The translations under genes and the position numbers were made by a program. The notes below the pieces were generated by a model. That model was given only the letters and a program-made list of their open reading frames with translations, was not told where the DNA came from and made no database searches. From assembly GCF_947568905.1 (NCBI RefSeq), contig NC_079173.1, positions 7,874,001-7,938,000 of the forward strand: a stretch of DNA of 64,000 nt, in the 5' to 3' direction. The DNA comes from Ostrea edulis (lineage: Eukaryota). This document shows positions 25,834 through 38,724 of this stretch, piece after piece; positions within the stretch are counted from its first letter, which is position 1, and each line of letters begins with the position of its first letter.

Positions 25834-28800
25834 TTATAAATTTGAGGCAATGAAAGGTCTGTAATGTTTTGTATAAAACGACTCCAGTTTTGGTATAAGG
25901 CACATTTCACAGTATTCTCTGTTGATTTCAATAATTTCTACAAATAGTGACTTTAGTGTATACACAATAAAATAACAAAATTGTCTGCCACTTATATACA
26001 GTTGTCCCTGAATTTGATCATAGTAATTGGAAGATATTTTCAGCTTGATTTCCCCACCCACTACCTCTAAATAAGTGAAATATTCCATTGTGTTTGTGTT
26101 GATTTCTTGTCTCCGCCCTTTATAAGGACATTTCACCTCTATTATATATTTATCATCTATAACGCCATCTGGTGTTGCACCTAGAAATGGCATTTTTGAA
26201 CAAATGAATAAACCATTCTCATGAACTCTTATGTTGTGGTTATCTTCAAACTTTTTGATTGCTTTTTTTTCATATGATTTTCCATGAGTGACTGCAGGGG
26301 TGGTGAGGCTCTTGATAGATATCAATGATTTACAAAGCTTCTGTTTGTTACGTCTGTCTGTCATTCTTGAAATCTGCCCAAAATTTGATGCTGTGATTCT
26401 CCACATTCTCTCTGCAAACCATCTCTTATTTGTAGATTGTCCCCTTGTTTCTTTTTCAATACTTGCCACCTCTGATTCAGTTACCTGTGCAATGAAAGGG
26501 AGAAAAAATCTAGAAAAGGCTTTAATCATAAATCGTCATAATATATATGTCTGATCTTAGTTGATAGGTAATACATGAAGCTATTTTTTATATATAATTG
26601 ATGTCATGTACTTATATAGTTTTATACAGTTCTGCGGCAAGCAAAAATTCATTTAGCCATAAAGTCCCATCTCCAAATTATTTTATGATTTTGAAAGTAC
26701 CTGTAATGCTTTATCCACCCAGTATTCTGTGAAAGGCAGTGATAAGTAGTGGTGGTCATGAATTGCAGACTGAAAATAAGTAAAATTTTATTATACTGTA
26801 TGAAAACTGTACACATTATATATACACATTATTTCAAAGATAAGATTAAGACTAGATAAACATGAAATGTAGGCAAAGTTATAGTTAGGTTTAAAAACAT
26901 ATTGGTCATATGCGAAGGTCAACAAAAACATGCAAAACCCAATGTGATATATTAAGTAATGGCAAAGTGAAATAAAAAAAAAGTCAAGGTCACAAATTTT
27001 GTGAGAAAGAAGAAAGATTTTATTTTACATATGAAGCCCCATCACTTGGCATTCAAAAGACAAACTGACCAAAAAGCTAAATGCCCTGATGTATTATTAA
27101 TTACATTCAAGGTCACACTCCATGGTGAATCTAAATTAAATAAGTATTGACTTTTCAAAATTTGTAAGTCACCTTCAAATCTGCTCTCTCATAAAGATAA
27201 CGAAATGCAATGTCTTCAGAAGTATTTGATGTATAGTTGATTAATAGGTTTCTGACCCGGTCTTGCATGCCCTCTACATTCCTAAACTTTTCTGGTCGTG
27301 GGTCAACCAAATGAACGGCTGATTTTCTCTTCCCAATTGTAATTTTTTCAACTTTGACTGGAGATCCTGAATGCATGAAAAAGAAAATGAATTTGTTAAT
27401 TGTACATCCCAATTTTATATAATATGACACATTGTATATATCAACAAAGATGGAAAAGTTGACTCAAATTTGAATTTTCTACTTTTATGTAATTATATGC
27501 TGTTGTCCATGCATATTTTTATATTCCAACCTTTATGGGATGCCTTTGGCTTGTTGAACATCATCAAATTTTCTGTACATGATTTCTGCACCGCCACTTC
27601 ACCATTCTCAATAAAATTTTCAAGCATAATCATGCAAGCAGCTAGGTGCTTGCATGTACCATTTGGGCCTTTCCCTGCAGGGCATTCACAGTGTGAGTTT
27701 AGCACATCTCCAGATTCTTTCTCCAGCCTTAGTTTATAGCTGTATGTGACCTGTAATAACCTTTCAAATTAGACAGTGATTTCTTTGAAGTATTCAGTGA
27801 TTTGGTTTGAAATATACATGTATATATTTTTTAAATGACCAAACTACACATACATGTACATGTTTTTCAGTGTCATACTGCTGACTATTTATTCATATAC
27901 CCCGGAATATTTATTTGGAAATATCTACTAAAATATTCTTGATTAAAGCAAAAACTTGATAAAGCGTATACCATGTTTAAATATCAAATTGCGTTGAATA
28001 AAATTTTTGATAATTACCTTATTTTTCATGGCTGCACTGACTATTCCAGTAAAAAATACATCATTTTCAATTATAACTGAGCATGCCAAAACTCTCTCGG
28101 ATTGGTACAATAGTTCCCCATTCTTAACTGCCTTGATATCACATGCCGCTTCATTATCTCCTGAAATATGATATAGCATATATTTATTCATGACAAAAGT
28201 GAATCATAATACATGCATGTACAGCACAGGCACTTGTTTCTGTAAATAACTTATGTGTTATTATTAGTATACAGAGGTCGTAAGTTATTTACAGAAACAA
28301 GTGCCTGTGCTGTACCGGGTGTATAAAATGATGTTTATTTAAGCATAACAATTTCTTCAAGGTTAAGGAAGGACCTCTCTCCTGAATTGAAAAAAAGTAT
28401 TTATTTTCCATAATTTTTGCATATGATATGCAGATAACCATGGACTTTATTTAACACTACCCCCCCCCCCCCCCCATAATTTAGCAACTACCACTTGGAA
28501 ACAAAATTCAGATCTGTGTATGTTCATTTCACTAGTTATTTTATCATTTGCAAGGAATGAATTGAATGAGATATACTATGGAGAAAAACGAAAACTATCA
28601 TTGCTTTCAATGCATAAATACCAGCAAGTCTATGGAGAAAATAGGCTTCTATCTGTTCCCTTGTAATAGAAGGTAGTAATTTCCTGTGCTCTGAATTGAG
28701 TTGTTGGAATCCTGTTGTAGGCCAGTTTACGTCCAAAGGATCTGGTAACAGAACAGGTGGCTGCTGGAAATTGGCATTTCTGTCATATGCTTCTAATCTG

Positions 28801-29405
28801 AAACGGGCAAATACATCATTCAAGATGATAGACTAAGAGTACATTACATACATGTATGTAGCATTTTAAGGAATGATTGGAACTTTATGACAAGTTTAAC
28901 CTTTAAGACAGTAAATGTTCAGGTTTGATCCCCTGAAGATTTATGAATGCTGACAGAATATACAATAAAGGCTTTATATACAGAATGAGACTCAAGCAAA
29001 GTCATGAGCCTTTGAATACCCCCCCCCCCCCCAATCCCTTTGCTGTTGATTAAAATTCCTATATTGATAAATAAAACAAAGATTCTGATAACCCAAATAT
29101 AGCAGCCAAAGAAGTATGTAGACCACACTCTGAGAAGTCAAGCAATATCCCGTGCGAATATCTTTTTCGAGATGAAATGCGTACTAGTATGTAATCATAC
29201 CAGATCTAGTTATCGTGACTATATGCTAACACAGCCTAACTTTACAGGGTTTTTTTTAAATGAAACTTTTCGGTAAAACAGCAGAAGAAAGAAGTTAAAT
29301 GTACCGTCTAACTAAATCTATCTTCCTTCCTTGCGTCGTGGCGTTTCTACAGGCAAGCTCCTTCTTCAACTGCACCACCGTCAGTGCGAAATAGCGGTTC
29401 GCCAT
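25834..29405 (-). CDS. SAP-SWIM-YqaJ (lambda exonuclease-like PD-(D/E)xK) protein, 517 aa, 7 exons: 29405-29305, 28797-28622, 28160-28018, 27750-27531, 27366-27173, 26769-26701, 26484-25834
   Basis: SAP LTVVQLKKELACRNATTQGRKIDLVRR; SWIM CECPAG...CKH; YqaJ RITASNF, LGATPDG, IEVKCPY, QIQGQ. All six introns are GT-AG with compatible phases, totalling 1554 nt. Confidence 0.85.
28219..28315. repeat. Perfect 35-bp-arm hairpin in an intron of the nuclease gene
   Basis: GTACAGCACAGGCACTTGTTTCTGTAAATAACTTA at 28219-28253 and its exact reverse complement at 28281-28315. Confidence 0.9.
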
Positions 29406-30947
29406 ATTGTTTACATTTGATTCAAGCGTTCAGCTAACCACCGATAAAAATCAAGCGTCTGGGAGTGAACGTTTTCCATTGAGAAAATATGGGTAATTGC
29501 ATGTTTAGGCCTACCCAAAATAAATCTTCAAATATCAGAAAAATCAATAATTTGCGGCTTTTAACTCTGTGAAAACTTCTACAACATGAAAACTTACCAT
29601 TGCATGCAACGTTGTCGCTAATAGTAAATACAACACAAGAAAATGTGTATAAGCAAGTGACAAATATTGCGATCCACATGTCAATGTGACTGACGTCATG
29701 TGATAAAATGTGACGTATGAATTTTGCTTGCTTTGTTGAAAGGCGAATCAAGCAATGACCCCATCCCCCACACCCCCAGTGAGAAATGTATTTCAAAATG
29801 AACAGGACAATGCTTACTTGGTAAATCATTAATGCGAATATAATATATTTGTTTTAATCTATTATTCGACCATCATATACAGAGAAAGATGTTTTTCAAC
29901 AGTGATTTGTGTACAAGTAGTTGCTAATATTGACAACAAGAAAACAATATGTGTATCAAACCGAAGAAACTTATTGTACACGTTGACTTTCAATTCCACA
30001 GAAGGCTGAAAACAGTGCTGCGATGTAAATTTAGAGAGAGAGAAAAAATAGTTCCGGCCTCTGGTTGTCAAGGGTGTGTGTCCCCATACCAAACCAGCTG
30101 ACCAAACCAGGTCATACAAAAATAATATGCGTTCCTCAATTGGAATTTGACCAATCAGAGACAAGGATACAATAAGAATTAAATCATATCAGTTATAATT
30201 AAATTTCCTTACTAAACGTTCACTTCAAAACATTTACCTAGCATAAAACGGGTTTAAACTGTCGCATTCTTCTGGTTTTATTTTTAGACTAGTCTTTTCG
30301 GGTCAACCATCGAAACGATGTCCCATAAAAAGAAGGACGAGCATTCATATAACATGTTGAATATTTGGTAAATCCATTTGTTATGATATCAAACAATATC
30401 TATGCAAAATCAACAGCAAAATAAAACACATTGAAAATTTAATTTCATTTTAATTTTTAATAAGGCGAAAACAAAAACCGGAAATGCGTTTTCTTCATAA
30501 AAATCTTCGAGACAACTTTTAGACCCTAAAGAATAAATAAAAGTCATTTATCAAATAATTCGGAAATTTCCATACATCAAATTCACAATGAAGATTCTTG
30601 GTGATCGTCTTAAAACACATTTAGTAAGATATTTGAAGAAAAACCAATGTACATGTATAACGATAAATCAGCGAACATCAATATCGGACATTGCGGGAAA
30701 TATGTCCCCGACTACGTTTACACCCACCCTGTTTAGCATGGCAAGCGGTAAATGTAGTACGGTCGAAACCCGAAAGTTCCGGATAACGACTTTTGCATGG
30801 TTTCTCTCTTAATAGTAGATAGAATGGCATCAAACTTTTTGTGATAACTGTTTGTGACCCATTAAACAAGAATCGTAGAACTTTTTCTGGGAATTCCATA
30901 AAGAAGGTACTGAACCAGATTTTTCATCTACCAAAAAAGCGGTTAAA

Positions 30948-31897
30948 TCTGGTACGTTTTATAAATGCCGAAACCTGAACACGGTTGCCGATCTTGCGAT
31001 CTACCGAAAGACCTTTTTTAGCATTATAGACAATATTGAATCAGACTGAGTTCTAGATCTCTAAGGTAACTTAAATAAATCGTACTTGCATGTATGGTGC
31101 ATTTATATGCGCATTTTATTGTGTCACCCTACATATATATATATTTGTAATCTATACATGTTTAGTACACGCACTCATTTGCAATATTTTAATCCACTTT
31201 GATATACACTATAAATAGTGTGCTTCTTTTTAAACTTCGGTTGTTGAAGCATATTCGTTATAGAATTAATTGAATAATTTTATAATTCAATAATTATTTT
31301 GATGATGCATACAAAGTGTAATTTAAACTAGTCCTATGTAATAATTTTATCTAAGAGAAACGACAATTTTTAACATCATCATCAAGACGATTAAAGACTG
31401 TATTATCATAATTCCTTTTTCTTTTTTAATCAAAATGACAAAATATTGTAAAAACACTTTTGGGGTTACAGGGAGTATAATTTCTTTACTTTCGAAGCTA
31501 AGATTTTTATTCAAAATTACATGGCACTTGGGTGAATGGGGAATCTTTGCGTGGCCAGAGCTGGGCAACGGAATCAATGAGGAATTTTAATTATTACTAA
31601 TTACCGACAGACATCCTCATCTATCGTTTTACATGTACGCGTACGCTGTTTAAGTACGAATTTACCAAACCAAGGGGGCCTACTTGTTCCGATTAAAACA
31701 ATGCCACGATCACAAAATACAGCAGTTTTTATTATTCCGTGTTGTGGAAATAAACATAGAAACATAAAATATAGTTTTAATTATTATTTTTGCATGGATT
31801 GGATTATTCAAAACCCAGTATTCACAAAGGGGCTGTGGAAATCGGTCAGTGTCTTCGAGCAATCTTTGGGTTCCGACATTTATAAAACGTACTAGAT
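30948..31897. repeat. ~950-bp cassette bounded by ~30-bp inverted repeats; direct copy at ~33945-35708
   Basis: Ends AATCT(G/A)GTACGTTTTATAAATGCCGAAACC / GG(T)TCCGACATTTATAAAACGTACTAGATT; the internal sequence is collinear between the two copies. Confidence 0.75.
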
Positions 31898-32279
31898 TCA
31901 AGCTCCGGTCAGCTCAGTATATTCCGTTACTCTACAAATCAAATATCGGTATTCATGATACTATTTGTGCGAGATTTTGGTGTTGACAATTATTCTGTTA
32001 ACTCATTCCACCAATATGGTAAAGGTCTGGTTTACATGTAATTTGATTTTAGAAACAATTTCAAGATTTAAAAAAAAACCCAACGAAATTGGCTTTTTAA
32101 ATATCTTCGATAGTCAGTCTTTAATCTGTGCGTGTAGTATTTCACTGAAGATGTATGAACATTTAAACTTTATCAACATGCATCATTCTCTATGGCACTG
32201 CTAATGTTTCAAAAGATACGATTAGAATGGTGCAACATCATGAGATCTCCGAGAAAATTCGAGTCATTAGCCTGGTTGT

Positions 32280-32988
32280 TTGAATGTTCTCGCTCTTTCT
32301 GGACAACTTATTAACAATGATAGCTTTCATTCATATGTCGATTTGATATATCCCTGTGAGCACGAAATAAAGGACACCACCGAGTCGTCCACTTCTGCTT
32401 CATACTTAGATATTTCATTGAAAGTAGGCATTAACGGCAAACTGACAACTCAACTGTATGACAAACGGGATGATTTCAGCTTCTCCATCGTCAACTTCCC
32501 ATATTTGTGTAGCAATATTCCATTATCACCTGCATATGGTGTTTATATACCTCAACTGATTCGATATGCAAGAGCTTGTTCTGGATATAGTCAGTTTTTA
32601 AATCGAGGTAAGCTACTGACAAACAAGTTGATGGTACAGGGGTTTCAACAGTCTCGATTGAAATCAGCATTTCGCAAATTCTATGGTCGTTATAACGATC
32701 TAATTCGTCAATACAACCTCGCATTGGGTCAAATGCTGTCTGACGTGTTTCATACCGATTGTTAAGCCGTTCTTAGCACACTGAGTTTGACTGCGGATAA
32801 CTCCGTTTACCTGATCAGGATATAGGGCTCACGGCGGGTGTGACCGGTCAACAGGGGATGCTTACTCCTCCTAGGCACCTGATTCCACCTCTGGTGTGTC
32901 CAGGGGTCCGTGTTTGCCCAACTATCTATTTTGTATTGCTTGTAGGAGTTATGAGATTGATCACTGTTCGTTATCTTCACCTTGCATC
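32280..32988 (+). mobile_element. Penelope-like (Naiad-like) retroelement 3' fragment, longest copy
   Basis: IYPCEHEIKDTTESSTSASYLD...LYDKRDDFSFSIVNFPYLCSNIPLSPAYGVYIPQLIRYARAC, with a stop shortly after the thumb and no C-terminal GIY-YIG. Further copies at ~41710-42188, 42435-42960, 46490-46978(-), 49238-49402, 49585-49700(-), 59600-60110(-) and 61855-61967. Confidence 0.75.
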
Positions 32989-34291
32989 CATCTGTAGAGA
33001 ATTTCCGGCTATATCTGTCTCTAATGGCTGGATTCTCTCTCAAATATGAAAACAATACGCAAGGGCATGGCCCTGATACGATAAAAACTTCCTCCTGTTT
33101 CCACAGACGCCTCGGCATCATCATTACTACATGTACGTCCATGACGCTCCGCTCAAAATTATAGTGCAATGTCAAGGCCAGTAGTGTCAATTTTACATCA
33201 GTTTAAACATTACACAAAGTGTAGAATGATTTATTTCCATTAATTCTGGATTAAATAAATCCTACTTGACCACCCTATCCTGTATTTTATAAAGCCCAAT
33301 CACACGCGTATAGTAACTTGCGTTTTTCTGCAGAAGTTTGGAAAGCCTTCATTATTCGTAAAGGAAAGTAGTCCCGGAGAATTGACACTGCACAGAGTCA
33401 TTCTCTCACCAAAGGGCGCGTTACGCAAAGCTTCACATACACCTCTGTCAATGCTTGGAATCACGTGACAATATAATCACATGATATAAACAATCATTCT
33501 CGGTTTCCTTTCCCTTTAAAAGTTCTGGCAACAAGTGATACATCAGGCTCTTTTCATAGCCCACTGGCACTTTAATTAGTACATATTTACCATTTAGCTG
33601 TTTGTCTCTTATTCTACAAGTTTTATAGTATTTTTACAGCCTTTCTTACTTTTGATTCCATGTTTACATTTAAATCTCCACCACGTGATGTCCTACATTC
33701 ATACGCATATTACGAAGTAGTTCCAAATTTATGATCAGAAAACGGCAATTTGAAACAATTTACATTCAGCATCAATTTTACCGCACCAAAAACATTTCAT
33801 AATATGACTAAATATTTAGTCCAAAACACAAATGTTGGATATTAGAAACTTTTACAAGATTTCTGTAAAAAGCCGTTGACAGACTCTGAGGTGTATGGCG
33901 AGGAGTGCACGGAGCTCTGGGCAGAGAAGGTGCACGGAGTTTGAAATTTAGTACGTTTTATAAATGCCGAAACCTGAACACGGTTGCCGATTATGCGATC
34001 TACCGAAAGTCCGCCTTTTAGCATTAAACATAGACAATATTGAATCAGACTGAGTTTTAGATCTCTAAGGTAACTTAAATAAATCCCACTTGCATATATA
34101 GTGCATTTATATGCGCATTTTATTGTGTCACCCTAAATATTATTTGTGATACACACACTCTTTTGCAATATTTCAATCTACTTTAATATACACTATAAAT
34201 AGTATGCTTTTTTTTAAAACTTCGGTTGTCGAAGCATATTCGTTATAGAATTAATTGAATAATCTAATTCAATTATTATTTGATGATGCAT

Positions 34292-34816
34292 CTTATCCTT
34301 GAACGAATTTGACTCCACTTTTTTGGCACACTGTTTTTGCCTATAATAGCCCTAAAACGTCATTGTTATTTCGGATTTCAAACATTTCGGTTGAGCATCA
34401 CTGAAGAGACATAATTTGTCAAAATACGCATCTGGTGCATCAAAATTGGTTCCCTATAAATTTTACATTATGAACCCTGGGTCGAGGCCTCTGCTGATGG
34501 ACTGTTAGTCCCCGAGGGTCTCTACAGCCCAGTAGCTAAGTACTTCGTTACTAGCTTGAAAATACGAATATATATTTAATTGCTGTGATAAAATTTAGAA
34601 ATTCATTTCAAAATTAAGGATTAACTCCCTCACGCATAGCTCTTATCCCTGAACGAATTTGACTCCACTTTTTTTGGCACACTGTTTTTGCCTATAATAG
34701 CTCTAAAACGTCATTGTTATTTCGGATTTCAAACATTTCGGTTGAGCATCACTGAAAAGACATAATTTGTCGAAATGCGCATCTGGTGCATCAAAATTGG
34801 TATCGCATAAGTTTTA
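34292..34816 (+). mobile_element. Retrozyme-like insertion (1.5 units of a 351-nt monomer) with two hammerhead motifs
   Basis: Direct repeat with a 351-nt period (cleavage-site C at 34432 and 34783); absent from the paralogous cassette near 31310. Confidence 0.8.
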
Positions 34817-37591
34817 CATACGAAGTGTGATTTAAAGTAGCAATTATCGAAGAGAAACGACAAATTTTAACATTATTTCATCATCAAGACGATTAAAGAC
34901 TATACTATCACCATTCCGTTTTCTCTCTTAATCAAAATGACAGAATATTGTAAAAGCACACTTTTTGGGTTACATTATTTACTTTAGGGAGTATAGTTAA
35001 AAAACAATGCAGGAAAATGTTTAAAGATTTTATATTAAACTGTGAATAAGTACTTATTTGATAAATAAATTATCTAATAAGTAAACTAAATAAATATTAT
35101 CTCTTTTGAGGGGTTTTATTTCTTTTTTTTTTTTTTTTGGTTTTACGTTTTCCTTTTTCTGTCTCATTCAAAATGACAAGATTATTTAAATTCAAGTTGT
35201 TAAGGTTAACATTACGCGGGGGGGGGGGGGGGGGGGGGGGTTCTTTCTTTCCCAGAACAGCATTATATCAATTTATCAAATATTCTTCAAAATTGTATTT
35301 ACCTTTGTATATGAATTTTTTCTTCTTCAGAATTTTGGTTTTTGGTGAGGAGGCCTCCATGTGGCAAGAGCTGGACAACGGTATCATTAATTAATTTTCA
35401 TAATTACCAATGATACTGGCAGACATCCTCAACTGTCATGTCACACATTTACGCTCCATTACATAGTCTGGGGTGAATTGACCAAACTAATGGAACACGG
35501 CCTTGTTCATCAAAACAATTTCAATTAAAAAGTACTGCACTTTTTAATCATTTTATTTATTATTCTCAGTTGTGAAAATAATTCTGGAAACATAGAATAT
35601 ATCTTGGAAAAATATTCTAGAAGAATTAAATTATTTCAAACGCAGTATTACGAAGGGAGATGTCTCTGAACGTGTTTGGGTTTCGGCATTTATAAAACGT
35701 TCTAGATTTACCGCTTTTCAGTAGGTGAAAACTCTGTTTCAGGAAAAGTTCATATTTTTATGTACCTAGGTTACTAAGAGTAACCTCTGCAAATTGTGTG
35801 TTATTACATGCCGTATTCAGAGAGAAATCACGAAAAAACTGCAAGCTGGGACTTTCGGCTTTCGGCCGTACTACATTTACCGCTTACCGCGACTCTCGCG
35901 TTTGGAGGCAAATAACGTATGCAAACAACAATACCATACTTAAGGGAAAAGAGTACCAATTCATTTCCCATAGACCTCAATGCTAACCTTTGGTCCTCTC
36001 ACTAATTAACTATATCGATTTTAAACAAATGACCGCAAACATTTCAAAGTTCATTCCAAGTGTTGATAAAAAATGACAAAAAATATATAGGGTCCCGTGC
36101 CTTTTATAGGCCATATTTGTACTTTTTAACAACACATAGCAATCTGCAGTAAATTGCACACTTCATTTTAAGCACACCCCTACCATGGTAATTTCCTCAG
36201 TCATTTCTCGATTTTGTGCGATAAATTTTCATCCTGACAATTAATTTGAACCTCTATAATATTTCTTTCAATTCCAAATAATTTCACTCTTGATATTAGC
36301 CAATCACGCAACACCTAGACATTTATACCTCCGCTCAATCTTGGGTAAACTGCGTCCGGGTTACGCATACGGGGGTTTGGTACTCTCATTCCTTAAGCTG
36401 TTGGGTACCAGGATGTACCGCGTCAAAACGAAATTACATCAACTGGAGAAGTATCCTTGGATGACAGGTGTTACGTTCATTTCTTTGCCTGACAAACGTA
36501 AACACAAACGAGAGTACCTGAAGTGGCCGAGACTGGTCCGAGGTGAAGGCAGTTGGAAGACAACGAAATATAGTCAGGGACTGAAAATAACCTTTTTCAC
36601 TACTAGCAAATTTTAGCTAGTGGATTTTTTTCCAACTAGCAAAATTGAGTTTTCCCTAAGACAATCAGTTGCTTTTTACAGGAATTTAAGAAAACAAGCA
36701 TGCCTCTACATCAAATTATATGAAAATAAAGTGCAATAATAAATATAAGATTGAGAGTTCATTCATTTAATGAATTATCAGACAACACATCATTTATGTA
36801 CGGTGAGGGTCATGGTGTACATTTAAGCGGTGTAATCGCTGTCTAAAGATCTACCACCTATTTACAACAATAAAGTTCTTTAATTACATTTTCAATGTAA
36901 TCAACCCCATCCTTGACTCTACACTCTGTATTTTTCATATTATCCTTCAGTAAATAAAATCTTACATCTATACGTCACTGAACACTTTCAGAAACAAACT
37001 AATCGAGGCATTGCAAGTCTGATAGCAATTCTAAGTTCAATGAAAATATAGGATTAATATAAAGAGTCCCTTTTACAGACACACAAGGGACTCCTCAAAT
37101 GTTAAGTGACTCGGTGCCTCCTGAAGATCATCAATATTGTGATGTTGGAAGTAAAGAGCCGGTCACCCTTTCTATTGTCAAACCGGCATTCCGTGGATCA
37201 GATGGATTACATGGAGAGATGTGTAAATGACAGAGTCATTTTTCAGAGAGGTGTTCGTGGAAACCTAGACCTGCTCGTAAACTACATGTAACTATGTTTC
37301 ACGAATCTATACTAACAATTGTACGTTTAAAATTAGACGTATCAGGATTTCTGTTATCTGCTTTATTTGGAGTAGCAAATTCACGGTAATAAACAACGGT
37401 ATTAAATTTATCCCCTTTCGTAGAGAGCTGGTAACTCGGAACTTGCGTATTGAATTGACGAGAGCAATGATTAAAATGATGCGCGCGTCAAATCAATTAT
37501 TGCTCTCATCATTTCAATTGATGCACGCATTAATTCAATTATTGTGCGCAATTATTGAATACATGATCTCTTCTAATGATGAAAGATATAC

Positions 37592-37962
37592 ACCGTATAA
37601 GTTTTACATTATGACCCCTGGGTCGAGGCCTCTGCTGGTGGACTGTTAGTCCCCGAGGGTCTCTACAGCCCAGTAGCTAAGTACTTCGTTACTAGCTTGA
37701 AAATACGGATGTATATTTAATTGCTGTTATAAAATTTAGAAATTCATTTCAAAATTAAGGATTATCTCCCTCATGCATAGCTCTTATCCTTGGACGAATT
37801 TTGCTCCACTTGTTTGGCACGCTGTTTTTGGCTATATTTAGATTTAAAACTTCATAGTTATTTCGGATTTCAAACATTTCGGTTGAGCATCACTGAAGAG
37901 ACATCATTTGTCGAAATGCACATCTGGTGCATCAAAATTGGTACTGTATAAGTTTTACATTA
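37592..37962 (+). mobile_element. Retrozyme-like full monomer, hammerhead at 37887-37930
   Basis: Same family as 34292; motif GCATCA CTGAAGA GACATCATTTGTC GAA ATGCACAT C TGGTGC. Confidence 0.8.
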
Positions 37963-38019
37963 TAGGCTTGGTGCTTGCAACATTATACTGGTCACTAACA
38001 GTATGTTAGGATTGCAGGT

Positions 38020-38627
38020 ATCCACACAGCCGTATGGATAGTTGGATCATCTTTGATATATCATGCATGCAACTACACTAAACCCTATTTTGGTAATCAG
38101 CACCTCAACCTACTATCGAAGAACATTGCCGTTAGATGGTTTGGTCTGAGGGGCATGACCTGGGAGCATATGGAATCTAAGATCCAAAGGCTAGTTGTTC
38201 AATTTGGTCCTTCCGATGTTTTGATGTTACATTGCGGTGGTAACAGCATCGGGACCATGTCACTTAGACAATTGCAAAGATTTATGAAACTATGTATACA
38301 CTTTATCAATTATTGCCAAATTGCAGATTCATTTGATCTGAAATCTTGCCTCGTACTTATTATCGTCATATGTTCACATTAAATTCAGCAGAAATGTCCC
38401 ACAAGAGAATAAATAGTGCAATGAATACATTTATCATTCATCAGGGTGGGGATTATATTTCGTACCCTGATCTCAAATCATGTTCCCCGGTCTTGTTTCG
38501 AGACGGGGTACACTTAACTGACATTGGTCAAACTATATTCCTGAATACCATTCAGGGGGGCCTTTTCACTATTATTAGGGAGGGGGTTCATCACTTTCCG
38601 CCTCGAGCAGTAATTGAGGTAAGTTGA
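38020..38627 (+). pseudogene. Frameshifted SGNH/GDSL-hydrolase-like ORF typical of Ngaro/DIRS-type retrotransposons
   Basis: AVWIVGSSLI (block I), WFGLRGMTW, DVLMLHCGGNSIG and FRDGVHL, split over two frames (38053 and 38346 ORFs). Confidence 0.65.
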
Positions 38628-38724
38628 TCCATATTGGGCAGTTCGTCATGGCAGGGGCCAAAATTTGCAGCATGTGGCTGATGTCTACGCGCACCTTGCT
38701 TCACTGCAGGTACTCGTCGACATA

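Larger units (their letters stand above)
22551..29512. mobile_element. ISL2EU-type (PHIS group) DNA transposon; termini tentative
   Basis: Convergent THAP-DDE_Tnp_4-type transposase (+) and YqaJ-like nuclease (-) genes, the ISL2EU architecture; degenerate inverted subterminal motifs at 22584-22680 and 29407-29480. Confidence 0.75.
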
